DNA from: Phoronis australis
Lineage: Eukaryota; Animalia; Phoronida
Reading direction: 5' to 3'
NCBI GenBank assembly: GCA_002633005.1
Contig: NMRA01000031.1
Coordinates: 557,411 to 621,410, forward strand
Length of the DNA stretch: 64,000 nt
Of the stretch, positions 38,701-50,700 are shown piece after piece. The notes below the pieces were generated by a model. The model saw only the letters and a program-made list of their open reading frames with translations. It made no database searches and was not told the DNA's origin. Position numbers and translations under genes: made by a program. Each line of letters begins with the position of its first letter. The stretch's first letter is position 1.

Positions 38701-41700
38701 CATCGTGACATTAGCCGGATTCAAGTGATGGTGATTACATAGGATCAAGCAGAGAGTGCTAGCTGGTAAAGAAAGGCAGCTGAGAGTTAAGACAGACCAA
38801 AATCTCTTTTGCAGGCATTCACACGAGAGGCAATTATGCTATTTGTAGCCAAACTTCCAGATAAAAGTCAACACACCAAATAAACTATTCATCAAAGGTG
38901 TAAAAGCATTTTGATACAGGATAAAACGTATTTATGCCTTACAAACTGTTTTTGGTCTGGTTTACACACAGAATAGGAAGAGTGGAGTAGGCATGATGAT
39001 TTGATAAGAAATACTACTTAGACTATAGACAATGGGTTACTGAAAGACAGGCGACTTACTGAAACCCCCGATGGCTGGGGGTAGCCGTTTGCACTTGCGG
39101 ATGCACCAGCGGATTAGCAAATACAGGTGCGAGATAACGATAACAGGGGGCACTAGGGGAGGTTGCTCATAGTATTCGCGCACCAGGTGGTAGTACTGGA
39201 ACTTCCAGTAGCGATCAGTGTTCTCGTGAATTTCATTGAATGTGTAACTGTAAGAATACAGGCCAGGAAACTTGGGTTAGAAAAGGGGGAGTAAGGATCA
39301 GTTTGCCTCAAATTGGCTGAATGTCAGTGACACACACACACACACAGTGTCCGGAGACAATGGATCTATAGTGGCTCCAGACAATACCTGGAAAAAATCA
39401 TTGACTACAGGGTCCCATTTCATGAAAAGTCAGAAATTTGGTCTTACGTTACCGAATAAAGGATAGCCATTAACTATTAGCACACACACACATAGCCTAG
39501 AATCAATGTGTATATCCTCAGACTTTCCTTTTTGTTTGTATTTTTGCTCAAGTGAAATTTAGACTATAAATTTCTGACTTAAGCATCAAATCACTTTTTA
39601 TGGAACAAAGCGACTGCCGGAACTGCACTTCAACTGGGGATAAAAGCTGTGACAACATACAGGTGATTGGACCTAGTTGGCAGTGATAATTAACAGGGCC
39701 CAAATAGGTTAATTTCCCAATGATTACACATCAGATACTTAAAGATTGGAAAGGAAATAGCAGTTCATGTGTTTGCAGCACAAGCTCAGTCCATACAGCC
39801 CGTGTGTATGCAAGCAGCTTTTTACCACAATCAAAGCAAAATTCCATGCAGCACATAAAAGGCCCATATGCCAAAGTCTGAGATAATTAACATCTTCCAA
39901 GTAAGGCAAACCTTCCTCAGTTTTGGAAAAACAACAACCCATATAACGCATTTTCCAATTTCAAAGGCTGACACGAGTACAATTCACCAATCAATAAAAA
40001 TGTCAAACAAGCAACAATGACGGTGCGCACTGACAGACGACAAAGGGCTGCCAATCACCCGTTGAAAAACAGCATGCATCAGTCCAAAAATATTCATGAA
40101 CTGTGCTGTTGACCTTATTGTCAAACACTTTGACAGCACTTTGGTAAGCCATATTGCATTCTGATAACTATAGGAAGTCTTCATAACATCCATGTGGTGC
40201 TAAACAGAATTCGACTGACACAGCATACAGGCCTTAACAACAAAATTAAGCAGTGTGTAGCGAAAGTCAAATAATTCCACAGCTATCGTTTCTTCGGCCT
40301 CCTTCTGACCCGGAAGAAAGTACGAATAACAGGTCAGTTGTAAACTAGAGACTTGTATTTTTCCCACAGCGAATGCTGTTGGCATTGGAGAATGACAACA
40401 ACAAACAGACAAGCTAAGACTACACACAATAGAAAACTTGATTCAGGAGAATATCATCAAGAAAAACAAAATAGGCCATTGCCAAGATCAGGCCCAAGAG
40501 ATATTTGCCTGGACTATTCCGGTAACGTTATAAATAATCGTAAAGAAGACCAGGCCAGCAGTCCCTTTGCTACCCTGGCATTTTCATGACTATGAGACCT
40601 TGAGCACTGTCTGATAAACTGTCAACTGAATAGAAACAGTAGTTCTGTGCTTGCCGGTCTCTCTCCAGTCATAATTAAATGAATGTGTTAAAGTGATAAC
40701 TGCATGTGGACAGTGAACTCGTAATGATTCATCTTTGGACTAGTCTTGACTATGATCAGGCTATAAAAGAAGTTCCAGCTAAAAGAGTACGATGACAGAA
40801 AATAGCAAAGACGACTGTGAACGCATTATTGAGCATCAAGTATTAATACGAAATATTTTCAAAATTCTAAAAAATTAATGTAGAATAGTGCGTCGTCACA
40901 TTTGACCAGTGAGCTGAGTAATGGTCCACAGTCTGAGACCAGCCTGCTGGACAAGCCACATACAAAGTAAGTCACTGAGCCATGGGGGACAGACTTACTG
41001 AATCCAGCCACATGTGGCTTGCCCTTACACCTCCGTATCGCGGTATTCACGACAAGGAAGCTAAGGTAGAAGACGTTGAAAGGGGGCGCTAGTGGTGAGA
41101 ACTCGAAGTATTCGAGCACTAAAAAGTACATCTGGTACTTCCAGAACTGGTGTGACTTCTCCTGAATTTTGTTGAACGTGTTACTGAAACATCAGGAGCT
41201 TGTGAAACACAGATACATAGAGACAAGCTAAAGAAAGCAGTTTCACCATCATAGTTTTCACTCTTCTCATTAAACAGTGTTATTTTCAAGGACATTTTGA
41301 AGACGGTCCAACCTACATATTACAAAAGCTTAGTTTTCATTAATTGTACTTAATATTTCCCAAGTAAACAAACATGGTCCAAGCAATCTTAAGAAACAAT
41401 TATTAATAAAGAAGCAACAGAAAATCTTGTTGCACAATCAAAGCATGTGATGAGAATCGAGGACTTTTCAGGACTAGTGGTAAATTCATTGCAGGTCAGT
41501 AGATTCAAGGACTTTTCAAGATCTCTTCAAGTGCAGCAGTCAAATTCATGGACTTTCCAAGGAAGGGGCAACCCCGAGGGTATCCAAGTTGCTACAAGCA
41601 TTTTGTCAAAGAGTGTTTTTCAGATGCATTTAATGTTAAACATAATTATATCAAGTCAAAACCAACATGATTAGTTTAGGGTTACGAATTCCCTTTTTAA

Positions 41701-44700
41701 CTTTTTGAAAAACAGACACAGCATGTAAGCAATGTTACAAATATGAAAACGACAAATATATCCAAATATTAAAAACCTTATTAAAGAATGTTTGCTAAAT
41801 TGAACAAAAACATCTCCAGGAGTCTGGTCACAGTACACAGACCAAGTAATTATTAAATTCTGTGTATAGATTAGTATGGGCAAAATAGTACCACGTATAC
41901 TTAACTAGATATTACTTAGCTGTTCACTACAACTGTCTAAGATGACAACAGATGACTGACTAACAGTGATCATACCTGAACATGGCAATCAACAGGTTGA
42001 ACATGAGAACATTTGTGAAGAGAATGTAGACACCAAGTAGAATGGGTGGCAGGTCCACGTTGGCAGGGCAACGGGTCATGGTACCGTTAAGGTACAGCGC
42101 CTCATCATTGGTACACTGGCTAGTCACTGAAATAATTTAAATAAAGTACACGTCAGAGTGAAACCCACCTAACCAATGGCGAGTGATGGTTCTCATTTCG
42201 GTCATTATCAGTGTATTGCGAGATTAGACCACGACTAGCTTGCACCAATGGTCCTTGCGATTGCCAGATGGCATTATTGCTGTTGTGAGTAGTCTAAAGA
42301 ATTAAATTTAGTTTCATTTAATTAACGCTATGTACATTACAGAGTATATGGCAGCTAGTTTTATCGACATAGTACATATCAGGGTAATGAAGGCAGATTG
42401 CCTTATAATCCACACAGACACAAATACTTGACTGCATTAAAAAACCCTTTTCTAGTGATTACTCAGAGCTAATTGAACGTATAATATTGGAAATGCAGTC
42501 AGCTTTGTTTAGACTTTCGTGTAATTTTCACAGACAATTTGAAAAGCAGGGAACTTTAAGTCATGCAGAACCTTATCAACAAGTTCATTCAGCCAAAAGT
42601 ATTGATTTTAATTCACTAAATTAAAGCAAACAGATTCAGAAAGTGGAATTTTTTACTGGTATACCAATCTGCCATATTTTTTAGTAAAACTTTAATTAAT
42701 AGCAAACAGCTACAAAACAACGACATTAACAGCAAGTGACCAAATTTTGATATAATTATTCAAGGTGAAGATTCCGAAATGCTGTTGCACTTTTCTAAAT
42801 TATTTTTTCATTGTTTTAAGTAACTTTGATTTTTTTCATAAAAATCATGAGAACCAAGTTTTATAGCCCTCAAACAAATTTAATTTTAAGATACATTTTA
42901 AAAACAATTCCCAACAGGATTTTAGAGAGCAGTGCACAACAGATTTTTCCAGGGTCCTGTAAAATCTTAAAGATTTACTCACATTGTGCACAAGCATTTT
43001 TCAGCAAAATGTAACCTACTAACTTCAAGTTAAAGTGAGATTATGTCAATCAAGTCGGTACACGGTGTGACAACTATGAGTGACTGAAGAATGATATGTG
43101 TCACTCACTCTCCAGTTCCTCCAGGAAAAGCTCGCCAAACATTTGAAAGTATGCCTTCCTAAGGACACCAGTGACGAGTGCAAAATCCAGTGGAGAGTTG
43201 GGGTATATGATGGCCTGTACGGCCACGCCATAGGCGGTCACAAACACCATGAGAATGATGATAAAGGAGAACAAGTCTACCATCTGAAACAAATAAGGAC
43301 ATTACATAATCTTAGGCCAATCATTCGTTTGCCGTACTGTCCTTCACCCTTTGAGATGGACACTATGGATGCATGTGTCAGCTAAAGTTATATTGCGTAC
43401 TTCTTAGCTAGCATGACTACTACCTTGGCACACCCCATGACAGAATTGACCTTCATCACTACAACAGTGTTGCCTATTTTTCATATAATGGCAAGTCTAG
43501 TGTTTATGAGCTTAACTACTAAGACATCTTTTAGTAACAAGAACGAATCACACAGGTGAAATGTATTGGCCCAATATGAGGGTCGAGCAATTAATATATT
43601 ATAATAACCAATACTGCTACACATAGTTTGCTACGAGGTACCAACAATGAAAAATAAAAGAGTTCTGGTTGGGTATACCGTATTTCAAATCATTCACAGT
43701 CTGGTACAAAGCTGCACCTCCATTTTGATTGATATGAATTTGTATCCGGCTGATGACAAATGATCATCAGTCATGCATTATTCATTGGAAACCTGTTTTG
43801 ATCATTTATCAATACTCAGTGACAAAAAATCATCACAATTATCACGATTGACGATAAACCTTGCTTGAATAACTATATCAATCAATATAAATTTTCATCA
43901 ATCATTCATATCATATATTATTCAATAAAATTTATACAAAGGCTGACACAAATTCATATAAAAAATTCTTAAGATAAATAATGATGAACCAAAATTTCCT
44001 GCGTATACCATGCAGTACGGACTACGCACCATTCTGCCAATCATCACCAGCTTAGGTCCCAAATTTTTGCTGACTGAGAAAATGCGAAGAATCCTGAAGA
44101 AGAATGTCATAAAATCCAGAGATAGGATGATTCTGGAGGCCTCTTGACAATCTAAGCAGACGTTGGGTGGGATCAGTCGCAGAATGTATCCAATCAGGAA
44201 CATCGTTATTGTGATGACGTCCAAAATGTTCCACGGGTCCACGATGTAACGAACGATCTTTTGTCGAAAATCACTGGATTCGACCGTGAACAACTGCAAC
44301 AGATGAGTAGATTGACCTTAATGAATCGGACAGGCGATGTGACTCACATACACTAAGCGTGTCAAAAAGAAACGACAATTTCTTAAGTTATCAAAATGAC
44401 CATTGGTCCAATGTTGGTCCATAGCTTTGCCAGTTTCAAATTACAACAACGCAGACCATACTAAAGACTTCCTGGTATTTATAAACAATATTCTAAGTAA
44501 CATACAGCGAAACTATCATTTTATGTACTCCAACTGTTGCACGATTATACTGCAGACACAAACTGACATTAACTGAGTATGTTTAATAATTTCTCTAATG
44601 TAATTTTCTTTTTAATTGATCTAGCTTAAAGTTGAAGTTTTTGTCCAGTGTATATTGTAAAAATTTCCCAATATTTCTAAAGCTCTCAGTTGTAACAATG

Positions 44701-47700
44701 AACTATGTGACCCAGAAGAAATTAATTCAGTCGGACAAACTGGTGGCAGTCACTTTATTCGTCCTACATTTAGGAATAAACTCACACTTTTCCATTTAGA
44801 AAGTAGATTGTTCAGAGTTTCCGACGATGGAAAACTTGTGCGGAAAGCTGATGGTCTGCTACCCATAATACTCACCTGCCTGAGTTCTTCTGCAAACAAT
44901 GTAAACACCCATCCAATCAAGATAAACTCCCAGAAACTGATGGTCTCTCTAAAGTCCGTCAGCAGGATGCCAGCAAACAGTAACAGGAAGAGTATGTAGG
45001 AGATCTTCAATAAACAAACATTTTGTTGTTAGTACTTGACTAGAAGGACATGCAGTACAAACTAAAAGTATTCAGACAAAATGGCCTCAAATTATCCATC
45101 ATGACTGACAGTTGAGCAGCAGCCAAATTTATGACCAGGACAGCAGGAAAGTAATCTTCTCAAACAACCACAAATGATCGGGAATGAACCGGAAAGTTAG
45201 CAAAGTGCTGAAGCTATTCTGCAATTAAAATTCTGACCCTAATAGTTATCACCAGTAAGCTGAACACTGCAACTGACAGCATTACGTCACTTTCACAGCA
45301 TTCAATCTGGTGAGAGCATGGACCAGGATGAATAAAGGATTTAAAACTCTTTTTTCCACTTACACAGTTGTGTATGAAAGTAATGACAGGAGCGTTGTAG
45401 AAGAAGGCGATCCTTTGGTACCACGTAAGTCTCTTGCCACTGTTGGTGATGTCCACACCGTGGTTCATGCCACTATACACTGTGTCCTGACGGTGCACCT
45501 TCTTAGGATTAACAGAGCTGTTGGAAGGGACACGAGAAATGGACGTCATCTCAACTGCATCGCCATTGGTCGTTATACGTCCTGTCTTGATCTGCGTAAA
45601 GAGCGGAAGTGATGCATTGTTCACATATGAACAAGACTACTTTATACTCTGGACTAGCCATATACTAATCAAAAGTAATTATTACTGTAACAATACAGCA
45701 TTACTAGTTATCTACCTGTGAAATGGAGCTGACATACCAAAGCTAGGTGCTTAAGTCTGACTCGAATTGAAGTTATTAAGCGGTTCCATCAGTCATAAAA
45801 TTTTGCTCGCACTTTCTTTAAGACATGAGACTGCCTCCTAGCAAAGGCCATTCTCATGAAACAACATTTGCAAAGTGTCACTATGAACCATTGTGCAGAC
45901 TCAACAAGGCTTTATTAAGGGTGATACCTGGTTGAAAACATCAGGGAACAACTGCAGAGCCTAACGTACAGGTGAGTGTACAAAGACAATGAATCTAGAA
46001 ATTCCCAATTCATAAGTTAAAAGCTACTGGCACGCCATAGACAGTTTCAGTTGGAAGCTCAAATCTTCTGTTTGCTGTTGTCAAAGGCCTAACTAACTGA
46101 CTGTAATTGGAGCAATTGTCCTAGTGTGCGGCTTTAAATAACAGCAGTGAAAGGATGCCACAAGGTCAAATCTTGGTTAAAAACCCATTTCTGCGCATAT
46201 AAAATAGACTACATGCAGACAAAAGTAGATAAAATGATCAATTTTAAGAGATCAAAATGATATCTTAGACAAGAGTTTTAGTTTCATTGAAAACAAAAAC
46301 AGACTACAAGTCAAGAGGACAATTAGGAGACAGCAACTATAAGTCATTACTATGCTACCAACTGTAAACAGAAATAGATAACAGACCTAAAACAACAAGG
46401 AACAAGAGTCCAAACACCTTCAAGGTAGTGAAAACATCAATACTTACAGGTTGTTTGTCTGAGGTCTAAAAATGCCCAAAAGAACCATGAATATGGTGAT
46501 GCAGCTCCCAAAGGTATACAATGCTTAAATTAGTACAGGATGCATTTAAAACTTACCACTCATCTGACAATAGTACACGTCACCTCTATTACACACCTTC
46601 CAAAACACACTGTGAGTGGTCGTACATTATATAACAGACAAGTAACATCCTTCAATGAATGAATGGCTCACCTTTTTCTTCTCAATTTGCTGCTGAAGTC
46701 TGGCATCTTTTGTGATCTCATCCTCTCGGTAGGAAATCAGCAGGAAAATGAGTGGTGGACATAAAATACATACCCACATCTGAAAAAGATAGTGCGACAC
46801 CTATTGGTGTAAACTAACACCTGGTTTACAGTACTGAGAATGAATTGAAAGCGTTAATCTATAAGCATTAGGTTTCATGGTTTCAGGTATAGCTACAAAG
46901 ATGGTGGAATGGGCGTGAATTGTTTTGCAATGTATTGGTTGCTAATCATAAAACTATAAGTCTCTTGACTGCTCACAAAGTTATTTGTTGCAGAAAGCAA
47001 TTGGTTCATGTTCAACATTAAATTGACAATACATCAAGCCGGATTATTACCACCAGTTATGTGAAGTCAGAAAAACTGAGGACAAGTCGACATGACACAG
47101 CCATGCGATTGCCCAGTATTTCAATACCATACGTATTCTCAGTCGACTTATCAGTGAACTGAACATTTCCCAAAATTCACATTTTTCAAAAATGCAGTGT
47201 TTGACATTCCTAAGTTTCTCAGTTTGAATGCACTGGGCATAAACCGCAACGCTATTGAAGCGCCTTGTAAGAACACGACCAGAGGCCTTGCCTACCCGAA
47301 GGGAGTTGACCTGCGAGGACATCTTGCCATTCCATATCTTATAGAGAAGACTCTGACAGCACGAGTGGGAGATGAAAGCCTTATTGTCCGCCTCTACTGC
47401 CATCAACATGGACGTGGACGAGCCGTACGACTTGAGCTCACGAATTAACAGTAGATGTGCCTTCTCCTCCTCGGCAAGGTAACAATGATCCAAAACACCA
47501 ACCGCTAGCTCTTCAAACTCACTGTAAACAGTACAAATAGTAGGCATATAATGGAAAGCCTTATTGTTTGGGTCATTGGTGAACATAGAAAAACTATCAA
47601 CAGAAAGGTGTGAGTTCAACATCTGACTCTTGCAGTCAGTGTAATATTTTAATTTAATTTATGCATTGTTCCAGATGACTTGTAGGTGTATAAACGAGTA

Positions 47701-50700
47701 TCAGACAAAGCTGTGGAATACGCTGTAATGGATTAGCATCCTGCACAAGGTGAGTCAACAACCTGTGATGGATTACCATCCTGCACAAGGTGAGTCAACA
47801 ACCTGTGATGGATTACCATCCTGCACAAGGTGAGTCAACAACCTGTGATGGATTACCATCCAGCGCAGGATGAGTCCACAGACACTCATCCAATCACACT
47901 ACAGAAATCAGAATTAGCAACAGGCCCCAGGTGACGAGCCTGGTGGCTCACCAAAGATTTACTTTTAAAAACATACCTTTGACCAAAACCACCAAATTTA
48001 CTAAGTTTGAGTTTTGACTAAAAAACTGACCAATCACACCTCACGAAGTTTGAAAATTTAACTCAAAGGGCGTCAGGAGATTGGTCAATTTTCAAGTTAA
48101 GTTTTGAACAAATTTTGGTGGCCTCTGATCTCGACTACACTAAAAAATGGTAAGAGTTTAAACATCAATTTTTCTAATTTTAAAATTAGAGAAAATTTGG
48201 GAATGGTTTGTGTACACCGTTGTGTGAATCATGCAAAAGTCAAACAACTAAATACTAAACAAGGACAGAAATGCTGGGTTTCATTAAGATCACACTCATT
48301 TAAAAACTGTTGCTGCACCAAACATGATACTCGAGGAGGCAGTGTGGCCTGGTTGATAAGTGCCCGCTTTCTTTACTCGAGGTCGTGGGTTCGAGTCCCA
48401 CCAGGTCACACTGCTAAACCATTGAGCCAGGTTTCTAGCTCCACAGCTTGGTTTTAACCATAAAGCATAAAAATATTTCCAGGTGATCAGTGCAATGGGC
48501 CCACATGCGAGGCCTGCGCACGTCTGCTACGTGTATCAGACCGCCTGCAATTATTTATTTTTTATAAACATGATACTGGAATATTTACCAGCTACTCACC
48601 TGGCTAAAACGAGAATACCGTCATGTACCTCAGTATCATCAGTCTTGTCAGACATCTCCTTCAGGATTTTGGAGGCTAGCAGAGCTGGTGCTATAGATTC
48701 CTGAACAACAATATGGAAAGAGGTAACTACAGCAACATCATGTATTGTGGTGACAGACAAGTCACAATCACAAAACTGACTACAGGATACTTATTTACAT
48801 ACTGTGGTGAGCTACAGGGTGGACTAGTTTGTTCAGATTCCTAAATGTTATGATTTAGAAAAACGGCAAAACTTTTTCAGACTATCACTAGATACTAAAA
48901 TAAAAGAGGACACGGCTTTTGCAACTTTTAAGTTAACATTTGAGTCACTTTTTAAGGTATACAGAACCTACCTTTGTCTCCTCCCAGAAAATCATAGCCA
49001 TGTCTCGACGATTCATCAGTACCGACCATATGAATAGTTCACGTGCTGGGTCATCAAAACATGGCTCTTGCATCGCGTGCTTACTGGATATACGTGCAGC
49101 TAAAAATACAGAATGTACCGTTAGATTGGCACAGTCAACAAGTATCGAATTTGGAATCTCACTTACGTAGGCAACAAAAAAATGGCTTACCAAAAAGAGG
49201 CCATCCTTAAAATAGTTTTATTTCTTCTCATCCTACCCTCACTCTGACATGGGTTTATAACACATTTTAGGTTTTCCAAATTTTCCACTCAAGAGGAACG
49301 CACATTTCTGTCGTTTTGTCAGACTTCAGATAAAACCATTGAGTTGTGCACAAGCTTTACAGTCAGTTGTGGAGGAGGAAAATATTGAAGGATTTTCATT
49401 TTATGTCTTTTCCGTTTTCTTGTATTTAGAGCTGCAAAAATATAAAGCTTCTTCAACCTATTGCATGTGACACCTGAATAAAAAAAATAAGTCCGATAAC
49501 TGATAAAAGGAAAAGTGATTGTTTGAGACCAGTGTCAGCGCAGAATCGAACCTAGAATTTCTGTGGTCGCAGTCTAAGACTTTGCTGCTGGAATTAATCC
49601 TACTTGATAAACGGCAGAATGTTTTAAATGTATCTAATTGGTTAAGTCACCAGTCATGACTTCAGCAAATGTCTGGAAGACAGCAATGAGAATTGGACAT
49701 TTGAAGAAAATAACAAAACAGATTTTCTTGTTCATAGCTTTGGTCAAAACCAACAACTTCAAGAAGCCTATGCCATCTATCAGTAATTCCAGAAATTTGA
49801 TCTTCAAGACTGAGGTAAAACTGATAAAGTCTCTTTAAATTCTCTGTGCTCTTTAGACAGTTCACGTAACAGATATATTTGACAGAGGTACCACAACATT
49901 ACACCAAGGTCTACATTCCAATTCTCCAATAACACCAAACATTTTACAAACAACAATAAAAACTAATTGATCGCAACAGAACTGGTAACGATTTTTGAAA
50001 AAAGAGAGCTGATATTGATGATGTCAGAAAAGAGAGTTGATATTGATGATATCAGAACTGCCAGCTGAGGTCAGCCCTTGCAAGCAAGAAAAATAGCTGT
50101 TTAATTCTGTGTCAATGAACACACCAGTGTTCATAAATTAGTGCCCAGTCCCCTGACTAATAGTTACTCACTGTCTGCTTGCATGCAAACAACAAAAAAT
50201 AGCCTCAAAAATCTCCTCAACATGCAAAAATTAAATGAATTCAGTGCGCACATCTAGGCAGCATCACGCTTAGTCAACATACTCGCCAAAAAAGCAGACT
50301 TGCGAGATCTCACATTTTAGCAACTTTCTGGCATCTCCTTATAAGCTTAACATGAGAAGACAATAATGTAGACTGGCAGAGTTTCTTAATATCAATGTTA
50401 AGAAAAACAACGTGACAAATAATTTTTAAAGAATATAAGAAACCATAAGGACAAATTTACAGTGATAATGAAAACAGTTTAAATAAAATGCCAGTGCTGA
50501 AACAACACCTAAGTTCCTTACCAGCCCGTGTTGTGCTAACTAAAACAGGACTAAAATGTAGTCTGATACGACTAAAATATACTACTGTGTAGTCTAGTAT
50601 GAGTTCTTTGTAATCTAATATGGCAACTTAAAGGAAATTCAAATGCAATATATGACAGATTTCTGTGCACTATTCATGGTGAACGTCACCAACCACCAAG

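Noticed and set aside
40200-40427. Possible fourth, decayed TRP exon between variants A and B
   Set aside because: Only a faint W..Y..LV resemblance followed by a stop; no PP motif or matching donor.
47722-47880. CRISPR-like repeat array
   Set aside because: Units are contiguous with no unique spacers, the context is a eukaryotic intron and no cas genes are present.
48333-48410. Possible tRNA gene
   Set aside because: Has A/B boxes but no clean cloverleaf, and continues into a body shared with 62403-62644, so it is a SINE head.
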